Assembly: GCA_045643205.1 (NCBI GenBank)
Contig: JAZUKI010000006.1
Coordinates: forward strand, 39,595 to 103,594
DNA from: Clostridia bacterium
GTDB lineage: Bacteria; Bacillota; Clostridia; TANB77; CAG-508
DNA length: 64,000 nucleotides
Reading direction: 5' to 3'
A program made the translations under genes and the position numbers. Each line of letters starts with the position of its first letter. Within the stretch, counting starts at the first letter, position 1. Under the pieces are notes generated by a model. It had not been told where the DNA came from. It saw nothing but the letters and a program-made list of their open reading frames with translations, and did not search any database. Positions 54,525 through 63,389 of the stretch are shown in pieces.

Positions 54525-54890
54525 TTAGATAAGACATAAGCCTGTCAACATGTATACTGCTAATGCTACATAACTGATTATTACAGGTAACCTGTCAGCA
54601 GCAAAATAGTTGGTATGCATGCCTCCCATCACTATCGTATAAACAATTAGTGATAAAATGTTTATTGCAAGAAAACTTGCTCTGTCTTTCGCCAGCTTTT
54701 TCAGATTAATAATTACTTTTGCCACAATAATTGCAATCAGTGCAAAGACAGCAACATAATATGCAAAAGTAAAAATTAACCCTTGGGGATGCAATGTAAA
54801 TTGAATTAATATTGATAGTACTATGACTATCTCAAATACAATTACAAGGTTGTCACCAATTTGCCCAATAAACTTAGAAATTTTCTTCAT
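54525..54890 (-). CDS. Small 4-TM hypothetical membrane protein
   Basis: 121 aa, four hydrophobic stretches, AGGAGG RBS. Confidence 0.75.
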   Translation of the reverse strand: MKKISKFIGQIGDNLVIVFEIVIVLSILIQFTLHPQGLIFTFAYYVAVFALIAIIVAKVIINLKKLAKDRASFLAINILSLIVYTIVMGGMHTNYFAADRLPVIISYVALAVYMLTGLCLI

Positions 54891-55029
54891 GACCTTTTTC
54901 CCTCCTATTATTGTATTATTTATTGCTTATTTTGGTCATTTTTATGGTAAACAATTCACCATACACACTTTAATTATACTATTTTTCGGCTATTCAGTCA
55001 AATGCTTTTCCATTTTTTGTTATTTTAGG

Positions 55030-56151
55030 TTAGTTGTCGTATGTATACCACATTCCTTCATTTTGTAACTTTTTAATTATTGCATCATGCTCAGCATTTG
55101 TTTTTGTTAAATATGTTGTGCCTTCTTTGTCTGCAACAAAGAAATAATAATCTGATTCTTTAGGACTTATTGCTGCAATAATTGATTGAATACTTGGTGA
55201 GCAAATTGGTCCAACTGGTAACATTCCATTCATTCCACTTGCTCTTGTGTTGTATCCATTTTTGCTATTTAAATCACTTCTTCTTAATTCATAATCATGC
55301 ATATCTTTTTGAATTGCATAGTATGTTGTAACATCTGATCCTAATGACATTCCGTTCTTTAATCTATTATTAAAAACACTAGCAACTCCATCTCTTGAAG
55401 AAATATCTAATCCATATACATTTCCATTTGTAGATTCAAGTTCAACTACAGAAGCAAGTGTAATAATTGAATGAAGTGACTTGAATTCTGATTGTTTAAT
55501 TTGCTCTTTATAAGGTTCCAATTTTTCACCCATTAGTGTAAGCATCTTTTCAACAATTGTTTCTATACTTACATCTTTATCTGCAAAAGTATATGTATCT
55601 GGGAATAAATATCCCTCTAATGGATAGTAAATTCTTTCATCTGCTAATGGTATGTTTTCTATAAACCAATACTTTTGAGTTAAGGTTTCGATATAATCTC
55701 TATCTTTCATCTTTGCAATAAAATCATCTGCTTTAATATTAGTTTTCTCTTCTATTAAAGTTGCCATTTTTCTAATGCATGTTCCCTCTTTGAAAGTAAT
55801 TTGTATTTCATATTTTTTAAGATCTGGTCCTGCTTCTAAAACATCTGCTATTTCTGCTAATGACATACTTTTGCTAAGTTCATATTTTCCAGCCATTACA
55901 TTGTCAAATCCATACAATTTACAAAAGATTTTGTATGCAAAATCATTCTGTATCAATCCATTTTCTTTTAATATGTTTCCAATTCCAGAAATCGATGTGT
56001 CTTTTGGAATTTCAACCATAAACTTTTCTTCATTTGGATTAGTACTAACAGCTTTTATACTGTTTGTATACCAAACTATTGCAACTATTATTGCTATTAT
56101 AATTATTGCTATTACTGATAGCGAAATAATTACTCCTACTTTCTTTTTCAT
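55030..56151 (-). CDS. mltG: Endolytic transglycosylase MltG
   Basis: LEGYLFPDTY, ASVVELE, VFNNRL, SDVT, GPICSP, YFFVAD. Confidence 0.93.
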   Translation of the reverse strand: MKKKVGVIISLSVIAIIIIAIIVAIVWYTNSIKAVSTNPNEEKFMVEIPKDTSISGIGNILKENGLIQNDFAYKIFCKLYGFDNVMAGKYELSKSMSLAEIADVLEAGPDLKKYEIQITFKEGTCIRKMATLIEEKTNIKADDFIAKMKDRDYIETLTQKYWFIENIPLADERIYYPLEGYLFPDTYTFADKDVSIETIVEKMLTLMGEKLEPYKEQIKQSEFKSLHSIITLASVVELESTNGNVYGLDISSRDGVASVFNNRLKNGMSLGSDVTTYYAIQKDMHDYELRRSDLNSKNGYNTRASGMNGMLPVGPICSPSIQSIIAAISPKESDYYFFVADKEGTTYLTKTNAEHDAIIKKLQNEGMWYTYDN

Positions 56152-56263
56152 TTTTTCTCCTTTTGCTATATTCTACAAATGCATTTTAACATATAAAAAT
56201 ATTTTTGTCTTTCTATTACGATAAATATTATATCATACTAATTCATAGTTTTATCATTTCCCA

Positions 56264-57037
56264 TCATTGCCTCACACTAATCTTGTATCCATTCTTGTTT
56301 AATTTAATCTCTATCTCCCCATTCAAGTCAGTCCTATAAATTTTACAATTTATTTTTTCTAGTTTATTAATTGTAATTTCAGATGGATGTCCATATTTAT
56401 TATTCTTTGCAACACCAATTATTGCAATATTGGGTGAAACAGTTTTAACAAACTTATCTGTTGAAGAAGTTTTTGATCCGTGATGTCCTACTTTTAAAAC
56501 ATCCGTATCTAATATTTTACTATTATATTTATACACATCTAAAATTTTTTCTTCCGCTTCTTTTTCAATATCTCCAGTAAATAATAATGAATGCTTTTTA
56601 AAATCCACTCTTAAAATTAACGAATTATTATTAATACTATTTTCACTAATCATCATCTCTCTTACCGGCCATAAAACTGTAATTTTCATATTATTTATAT
56701 TTATAATTCTACCAGCTTGAACCATCTCTATTTCTATATTCTTTTCATTTGCAATTTTCCTTAATTCTTTTAAATTCATATATTCTTCCGCTTGTAATCC
56801 AATAATAATTTTCCCTATTTTAATATTCTTTGCAACATAAAATAATCCTTTGCAGTGATCAGAATCCATATGTGAAATAAAAACATAATCAATTTTAGTA
56901 ATCTTTTTTGTTAGTAAATATGGTAATAAAACGTTCCTTCCAACATCGTAATTATCATCACTTCCACCGCTATCTATCAAAACTGTTTTGTCTGCATATC
57001 GCATTAAACAAGAATCTCCTTGCCGAACATCTATCAC
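56264..57037 (-). pseudogene. comEC: 3' fragment (metallo-beta-lactamase domain) of comEC, interrupted by a prophage
   Basis: Begins at IDV(R)QGD; SHMDSDH, NNNS, FTGD, GHHGS, YGHP, YRTD; the membrane Competence domain is missing and phage DNA lies upstream. Confidence 0.85.
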
Positions 57038-57061
57038 GACACCATTCTTAATACAACAAAC

Positions 57062-57124
57062 TTTTGTAAGTGAACAGGATTTAGTATATATAATAAGAAA
57101 AGTTTTGTAAGTGAATAGGATTTA
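57062..57124. repeat. 22-bp direct repeat pair beside the prophage junction
   Basis: ttttgtaagtgaa(c/t)aggattta at 57062 and 57103. Confidence 0.85.
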
Positions 57125-57163
57125 AGAGCATAAAAAAAAAAGAGCTTATTAGCTCTAAATTAA

Positions 57164-57436
57164 TTACGCCATTTGAATTACATCAATAATTACCTTTGTT
57201 CCCATATGAGTTATAAGGTGTCCATTTATTCCTACTTCTTTTCCTAAAAAGTTTTTAAACATCTTTCTATCTGAAGTCATTGCATAAGCATATATCTTAT
57301 TTTTAATATCTTTGAAATTATCATCATCAACTTCTAGCATTAACTGAATTGCATCTTGATTATTTATTTTTAGATTCTTTGACGCTCTTAATAATTTTCC
57401 AATGACTATGACTTCATTATTTAATATTTGATTCAT
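57164..57436 (-). CDS. Small OB-fold (SSB/PriB-like) protein
   Basis: NEVIVIGKL...GKEVGINGHL...VIIDVI strand pattern; AAAGGAGG RBS before ATG 57436; own terminator at about 57133-57157. Confidence 0.55.
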   Translation of the reverse strand: MNQILNNEVIVIGKLLRASKNLKINNQDAIQLMLEVDDDNFKDIKNKIYAYAMTSDRKMFKNFLGKEVGINGHLITHMGTKVIIDVIQMA

Positions 57437-57635
57437 AGTATTCCTCCTTTCGAGAAAAGATACTACCAAAACAAATAAACTAATTCAAATGACTAAAATT
57501 CAATTTTGGTAATAAAAAAAACTACAAAATTTTGCATTTTTAGTATATTTAATTAAATTTAAAGCAGAAATTGATATTTTGCATTAAATTTTAATACCAA
57601 AAATCAAATTTAGTAGTTTTTAATTTTTTTATAAT

Positions 57636-59213
57636 TTATCCATTAATTTCAGTTCCATCTTTGAATTTAAAGACTATTGTATCTTTATCAAGTATCGTTG
57701 CACTCTCCAGTAAACTTCCCCACATTAATCCATCAAATTTTGTTAAAGGCTTATCCTGTTTATTTAATGTATTAATGTAGTCTTTTATCGTTTGTTGCTT
57801 TGCTGCTTGTTGAGATATTTCAATTTCTAGTTGCTCATACCTTGACTTAATCTCATCATAAATCTTTATCATTGCATCATATTCTTTTTTATACTTTTCT
57901 TGATTTTGTGCTACTCTTGAATTCATTTCAATAAGTTCCTGTATTTTTTCAACATGTTTTGCAAGACTATTTTCAAGTTTATCTTTTTCTTCTGATAGCC
58001 CTTTTTGACTGCATATTTTATCTAGTATGATTTCTAGATTTGAGATTATCTCATCCTTGTTTTCAATAATTGAATTAACAACATCAACAAATCTACTTTC
58101 TATATCATCAGACCTTATCGCGGGTGTTTTACAATTTTCCTTTCCTGAATATTTCCTATTACATTGATACACTATTTTTCTATATTTATCATTTGAATGC
58201 CACACTTTAGCTCCATAGCTACCGCCACATTCTCCACACTTAATTCTTGATGTAAGAATATCAGTTCCACTATATTTTCCATTTAACATTAATCGTCTAT
58301 TAATTTCTAATCTTACCATTTCAAATGTGTCGGGTTCTATAATTGCTGGATGGCTATTTTCAACATAGTATTGTTGAACTTCTCCGCTATTTAATTTTTG
58401 TTTTTTAGTTAAGAAATCAACTGTGTAATGTTTTTGAAGTAAGGCATCACCTTTGTATTTTTCATTTGTAAGAATACTTCTAACAGTTGTAGCATACCAT
58501 TTTTGTTTATGTCCAGGTGTTTCTATTCCATCATTAGTTAATCCTTTTGCTATAGCCACTGATGATGAACCTGATAAAAACTCACGATATATTCTTTTTA
58601 CAATTTTTGCTTGTTCTTCATCAACTACAAGGTTTCCATCTTCGCCTCGTTTATAACCCAGAAAATTATTGAATGGAACTGTTACTTTTCCATCTGCAAA
58701 TCTTTTTCTGTGTCCCCATTTAACATTTTCTGATATGGATCTACTTTCTTCTTGTGCTAATGAACTCATAATTGTAAGTAATAACTCACCTTTACCATCG
58801 AATGTCCAGATGTTTTCTTTTTCAAAATAACATTCGCATCCTATATCTTTTAACTTTCTTATAGTTGTTAAACTATCAACTGTGTTTCTTGCAAACCTTG
58901 ATACTGATTTTGTAATGATTAAATCAATATTTCCTGCCATAGCACTTTCGACCATTTTATTAAACCCCTCACGATGCTTTGTCGATGTACCACTAATACC
59001 TTCATCTGTATACACTTCTACAAATTCCCAATCATCTCTAGATTTAATATAATTTGTATAATAATCAACTTGTGCCTCATAGCTTGTTAATTGTTCCTCT
59101 TGGTCAGTAGAAACTCTGGCATAAGCAGCGACTCTTTTCTTCTTAATTGTACCAATTTGACTTGATTCTTGTTTATTGATTAATGCTGGAATTGTTGTTA
59201 CTCTTTTCGTCAT
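57636..59213 (-). CDS. Large serine recombinase (525 aa)
   Basis: AAYARVST, DEGISG, SVSRFARN, AQEESRSISEN, Zn ribbon, coiled coil. Confidence 0.95.
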   Translation of the reverse strand: MTKRVTTIPALINKQESSQIGTIKKKRVAAYARVSTDQEEQLTSYEAQVDYYTNYIKSRDDWEFVEVYTDEGISGTSTKHREGFNKMVESAMAGNIDLIITKSVSRFARNTVDSLTTIRKLKDIGCECYFEKENIWTFDGKGELLLTIMSSLAQEESRSISENVKWGHRKRFADGKVTVPFNNFLGYKRGEDGNLVVDEEQAKIVKRIYREFLSGSSSVAIAKGLTNDGIETPGHKQKWYATTVRSILTNEKYKGDALLQKHYTVDFLTKKQKLNSGEVQQYYVENSHPAIIEPDTFEMVRLEINRRLMLNGKYSGTDILTSRIKCGECGGSYGAKVWHSNDKYRKIVYQCNRKYSGKENCKTPAIRSDDIESRFVDVVNSIIENKDEIISNLEIILDKICSQKGLSEEKDKLENSLAKHVEKIQELIEMNSRVAQNQEKYKKEYDAMIKIYDEIKSRYEQLEIEISQQAAKQQTIKDYINTLNKQDKPLTKFDGLMWGSLLESATILDKDTIVFKFKDGTEING

Positions 59214-60534
59214 TTCTTACCCTCCACATTTCTTTCGATTTTTTACCTCTTTCATTTCTTCTTTCTTCAGTCCAATATTCCTTTCTGCCGTTATATTCCC
59301 ATTTTTCTTGTATGATTGTTCCATCATAAAAATGAAATTCTAATATATCATCGCCAACTACAACAACTTTTTCTATTTGCTCATCAAACACTTTTGGATC
59401 AAATTCATCTAGTCCTAGTACCTTTGATGAAACTCTTTTTAATGCAATTTCATTCACATTTTTTCCTGGACATTCTTTAGAGCTATTTCTTAACCTCGTG
59501 CCACAAGTCCATATATGTGCTTTAGGTATATCTTTATTCTTTCCTCTTGAATTTCTCATGTAGTTCTTACCGCATATTGAACATTTAACTCTGCAAGAAA
59601 AACAAGTTATATTCTTTCCAAAATTAGCTCTTTGACCTTCTTCTTTTCTTCTTTTTCTTTCTTCTTGAACTTCAAGAAACATCTCCATAGGAATAATAGC
59701 TTCATGGTTATTTTCTACATAATACTTTTGCAATTGTCCTTCATTTTTTTGTTTTCTTCTAACTAATGGATTTGGAGTATAACTTTTTTGTAATAGCAAG
59801 TTACCTGTATAAGTAATATTTGAAATCATATCTCTTATAGTTCCATTATTGAAAAAACCACCATTAGTCGCTATTATTCCTTGTTCTTTTAATAAAACTT
59901 CCATTCTTTCAGCAGAAATCTTATCCAAGTAATATTGAAATATAAGTTTTACTACTTTAGCCTCCTCTGGCTCTATTACTAATTTATCTTCTTCCCATCT
60001 ATAACCATATATTCTATATCGACATTGTGGCTTTCCTTTTTCAAACTTCTTTTTTATAGACCACTTAATATTATTACTTGTTGAGATAACTTCTTCTTGA
60101 GCAAATGAAGCTAATATTGAAAGCATAAGTTCTCCATCACCAGTTAAAGAGTTAATATTTTCTTTCCCAAATCTAACTTCAACACCTAGCTCTTTTAAAT
60201 GCCTTACTGTTTTTAAAAGGTCTACAGTATTTCTGGCAAATCTTGATACAGACTTTGTAAGAATAATATCAATTTTTCCATCTTCACAATCTTGTAATAG
60301 TCTTTTAAAATCATTACGCTTTTCAATTCCAGTACCACTAATTCCTAAATCAGCATAGACACCTGCAAATTCCCATTCAGGATTCTTTTGTATTAATTCA
60401 TTGTAATAACTAACTTGTGCAGAGTATGAATGTATAGTTCTGCCTCTTTCAACTGATACTCTCGCATATGCAGCTACTCTTTTAAGTTTAGGAAGTTCTA
60501 TGCTTTTGGTTTCTAATTTTATGATTTTACGCAT
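59173..60534 (-). CDS. Large serine recombinase (453 aa)
   Basis: AAYARVS, DLGISG, SVSRFARN, Zn ribbon CSIC...C...C; no long coiled coil. Confidence 0.93.
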   Translation of the reverse strand: MRKIIKLETKSIELPKLKRVAAYARVSVERGRTIHSYSAQVSYYNELIQKNPEWEFAGVYADLGISGTGIEKRNDFKRLLQDCEDGKIDIILTKSVSRFARNTVDLLKTVRHLKELGVEVRFGKENINSLTGDGELMLSILASFAQEEVISTSNNIKWSIKKKFEKGKPQCRYRIYGYRWEEDKLVIEPEEAKVVKLIFQYYLDKISAERMEVLLKEQGIIATNGGFFNNGTIRDMISNITYTGNLLLQKSYTPNPLVRRKQKNEGQLQKYYVENNHEAIIPMEMFLEVQEERKRRKEEGQRANFGKNITCFSCRVKCSICGKNYMRNSRGKNKDIPKAHIWTCGTRLRNSSKECPGKNVNEIALKRVSSKVLGLDEFDPKVFDEQIEKVVVVGDDILEFHFYDGTIIQEKWEYNGRKEYWTEERRNERGKKSKEMWRVRNDEKSNNNSSINQ

Positions 60535-60593
60535 TTTACACCTCCGATTTTTCCATTACTATATATCACTCTAAACGATGTATATATCAAGTG

Positions 60594-60758
60594 TTATCGG
60601 CTTATTTCAAAGAATAATCCACTTATTTTTGGTTTGTATTTTTCCTTAAATTCATCAAATAATTTGTTATATTCTTCATTAGATATTAAGTTCTTTTCAT
60701 ACATATCTTTTAAGTAATTCATTGTTATTTGATATGCTATTTCATTCTTAATTTCCAT
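60594..60758 (-). CDS. Small SHOCT-like protein (54 aa, not in the ORF track)
   Basis: MEIKNEIAYQITMNYLKDMYEKNLISNEEYNKLFDEFKEKYKPKISGLFFEISR; overlaps the upstream ORF stop. Confidence 0.7.
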   Translation of the reverse strand: MEIKNEIAYQITMNYLKDMYEKNLISNEEYNKLFDEFKEKYKPKISGLFFEISR

Positions 60759-61176
60759 CTGATGTCACCACCTTACATTTACTTTTGTAATAACACTCCC
60801 TAGAACAATACTTTCTTTTTCTAATTGGATACTCGTAGTATTCTTTATTGCATATAATGCAGTTAAACTTTTCTGGAACTAATCTTCTTTGCTTATCTTT
60901 GTGTAAAGTCCAATAAACCTTACAGCAACTATCAGAACAAAATGTTTTCTTCTTTCTTCCTGCAATTTGATAGAACTTCTTTCCACATTGTTTGCACACT
61001 TGAAGATTATCTTTTCCTCTTAATTGTTCTCCTGAATTAATATATCCTGCTATATTTTCTTTTTTACAGAATGACCTTATTGTATTTGGAGAAATATCTA
61101 ATTGCTCTGATATTCTTAAATACCCATAACCTTGACTTCTTAATTTTCTAATTTTTTGTCTTTGTATTTCATCCAT
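60748..61176 (-). CDS. HTH plus zinc-finger protein of the recombinase module
   Basis: GYGYLRISEQLDISPNTIRS HTH; two CxxC...CSxxC motifs. Confidence 0.8.
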   Translation of the reverse strand: MDEIQRQKIRKLRSQGYGYLRISEQLDISPNTIRSFCKKENIAGYINSGEQLRGKDNLQVCKQCGKKFYQIAGRKKKTFCSDSCCKVYWTLHKDKQRRLVPEKFNCIICNKEYYEYPIRKRKYCSRECYYKSKCKVVTSDGN

Positions 61177-61304
61177 TGGCTATTACCTCCTATGTAATAG
61201 TCAAAAAAAAGTATATGATTTTTACCCTGTTAATATTTTTTTGTATTCTCTTGACATTTCGTCTAATAAGAGTAATAAATGTATTTTTGAAAGGAGTATG
61301 CTTT

Positions 61305-61586
61305 ATGTTTAATATTAAAAATGAAAACAAATTTATTTCAGATTGTGAACAATACATAGAAAATAACGTTGCAGCACCTTATATTGCTTTTTATCTTGTA
61401 CGTGGTTATGAACTAAACACTCTTGGTGTAAGTTCTCTTATGCAGCATTTTAATTCGGCAGCTGATGTATTCAATCTTGAATTTAATGATATTGATAAAG
61501 TGATTTTTGACATAAAACAAATATTAGCTGAAAAATACCAATTAAAAATAATTAATGAAAATCCCTTTGAATTAAAAAAATTATAA
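61305..61586 (+). CDS. Hypothetical phage moron-like protein (93 aa)
   Basis: AAGGAG then ATG 61305; TTGACA at 61251; antisense to the late genes. Confidence 0.65.
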   Translation: MFNIKNENKFISDCEQYIENNVAAPYIAFYLVRGYELNTLGVSSLMQHFNSAADVFNLEFNDIDKVIFDIKQILAEKYQLKIINENPFELKKL

Positions 61587-61637
61587 TTTTTATGGTATAA
61601 TATAGAAGATTTAACAAACCAAAAAAGGAGGGATTAC

Positions 61638-61982
61638 ATGAACTACGACAAAATGTCTAAAGAAGAACTAATTGATGCATTAAAAGAATCACAAGATCTT
61701 AATAAAAAACTATTAGACTTAATGGAATTACAAAATAGTAAATTTACCGAGATTTCAATTCAAGCATTAGATGAGCAAATTAAGTCAAGACATAGATTTT
61801 TAGCACAGTTAGAACAAAGTGAACCGCCTAAATTATTTAAATCTTTACATCGTGAATGGGAAAACAAAGTTCATTACACTAAAAAAGATATTGAAGATTT
61901 AGATAAAAAACTTTATGAAGAATACACAGAATACGGAGAGTTCATTGAAAAAATGGGCAAAAAAAATGAGGACAACAATTAA
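61638..61982 (+). CDS. Hypothetical coiled-coil moron-like protein
   Basis: AAGGAGG RBS, TGnTATAAT at 61593-61601, helical heptad pattern. Confidence 0.75.
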   Translation: MNYDKMSKEELIDALKESQDLNKKLLDLMELQNSKFTEISIQALDEQIKSRHRFLAQLEQSEPPKLFKSLHREWENKVHYTKKDIEDLDKKLYEEYTEYGEFIEKMGKKNEDNN

Positions 61983-61997
61983 GTTGTCCTTTTTTTG
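61960..61997. terminator. Bidirectional terminator between the morons and the endolysin
   Basis: aggacaac / gttgtcct with A and T runs. Confidence 0.75.
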
Positions 61998-62972
61998 TTA
62001 AGGTATTAATAATTTTTGACCTACATTTATAATGTTTGGATTTGCTATATTATTAGCTCTTGCTATTTCTGGATATCTATTTCCATCACCGTAGTATTTT
62101 TTAGCGATAGCCCATAGAGTATCACCTTTTACTACTGTGTGATATTTAGCAGATGGTTTTGATGTTACTCCTAGTCTTGCATTTACTATTGATTGAATTG
62201 CTGCATAATCATAACCTGCATTAGTAAGTGCATTTTTTCTATCAGCACCATTACCCCAATTTCCATTTATAACTTCAGTAGCAATTTCATCATTGCTCTT
62301 TTTTGTTGGCTCTACTTTTGGAGTTTCTGGTGTTCCTTTTGAATAACCATTTAATCCTGCATTTTTAATTATTGAAGGATAATCTTTATATGCATAATCA
62401 GTATCAACTCTCATTCCAGAGATGTATCCACTTGATGAGTTTTGCCATAAACCATAATCACCATATTTAAATGATGGTTTATTGCTAGTCCATACTGCTA
62501 ACCATTTATCATACATAGATAATTTTGCAGTATCTATGAAGTTATTAAAATAGTTACTATTAGCATAAATACCTACATAATATCCTTTGTTTTCTAAATA
62601 TTCACAGAAACCTTTTATGGCATCTGCTATTCTTGCTTTGCCTACTTGTTGGTGTCTATCTTCTTCAACATCCATATAAATTGGATATTCAAATTGTTTT
62701 CCTTTTAAACAATTATTATAAAGATACTCCGCTTCTGCTTTTCCTTTTTCATAAGTATTGGCACAGCTATACCAATAAGCACCTACAGGTATTCCTCTTG
62801 CTTTTGATTTACTATAAAAATCTTCAAAGCAACTATCCTTATTTTTATTAGTACCATCTCCACCCCAACCAGTAAATCCAGCTCTTAAAATTAAAAAATC
62901 AACTTTTGACTTTATTTCATCAAAGTTGATTCCTTTTTGATAAGATGATATATCTAATCCTTTTCTTTCCAT
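61998..62972 (-). CDS. Phage endolysin: GH25 muramidase, CW_7 repeat, LysM
   Basis: GLDISSYQ, YMDVEE; IATEVINGNWGNGADRK; HTVVKGDTLWAIA. Confidence 0.93.
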   Translation of the reverse strand: MERKGLDISSYQKGINFDEIKSKVDFLILRAGFTGWGGDGTNKNKDSCFEDFYSKSKARGIPVGAYWYSCANTYEKGKAEAEYLYNNCLKGKQFEYPIYMDVEEDRHQQVGKARIADAIKGFCEYLENKGYYVGIYANSNYFNNFIDTAKLSMYDKWLAVWTSNKPSFKYGDYGLWQNSSSGYISGMRVDTDYAYKDYPSIIKNAGLNGYSKGTPETPKVEPTKKSNDEIATEVINGNWGNGADRKNALTNAGYDYAAIQSIVNARLGVTSKPSAKYHTVVKGDTLWAIAKKYYGDGNRYPEIARANNIANPNIINVGQKLLIP

Positions 62973-62973
62973 T

Positions 62974-63369
62974 TTAATTACCTCCATTCTTATCTTTTAA
63001 TTGTTCTAATGTTTCAATTATTTTTTTAGGTAATGGCAATCCCATAGAACCCCAATTCTCTAAAATTGAAATTCCTTCGTTTGCTACAAAAAAATAGATT
63101 ACAAGAGTTCTAATTGCACCAGTTTCTCCAGTTATTGTGTCTAACTGAACTGACAATGCAACTATTATCAAGTAACCTATTTTCTTAATTATTCCTTTAG
63201 CACCAATGATGCTATTGAGCTTTTTATTTGTTATCGCCTCACATACTCCTGTTATGTAATCGAGTAATATGAAAACTAATAATGTCTTTAGTGCCACATC
63301 TAAACCTCCTAAAAAGTACACTACCGTTGTAAGTACCGTACCTGTTATAAAATTAAAAATTGACTTCAT
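62974..63369 (-). CDS. Phage holin
   Basis: LDYITG, LNSIIG.KGIIKK, NEGISILEN, GLPLP; directly upstream of the lysin. Confidence 0.92.
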   Translation of the reverse strand: MKSIFNFITGTVLTTVVYFLGGLDVALKTLLVFILLDYITGVCEAITNKKLNSIIGAKGIIKKIGYLIIVALSVQLDTITGETGAIRTLVIYFFVANEGISILENWGSMGLPLPKKIIETLEQLKDKNGGN

Positions 63370-63389
63370 TTATTTTTCTCCTTTCAAAA

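Noticed and set aside
57020-57030. CGG codon at a conserved Gly (DVGQGD), suggesting codon reassignment
   Set aside because: Single case at a probable recombination junction; no Gly-to-Arg pattern noticed in the conserved proteins inspected by eye
57062-57124. Possible mini-CRISPR array
   Set aside because: Only two 22-bp copies with a 19-bp spacer and no cas context; kept as a direct repeat
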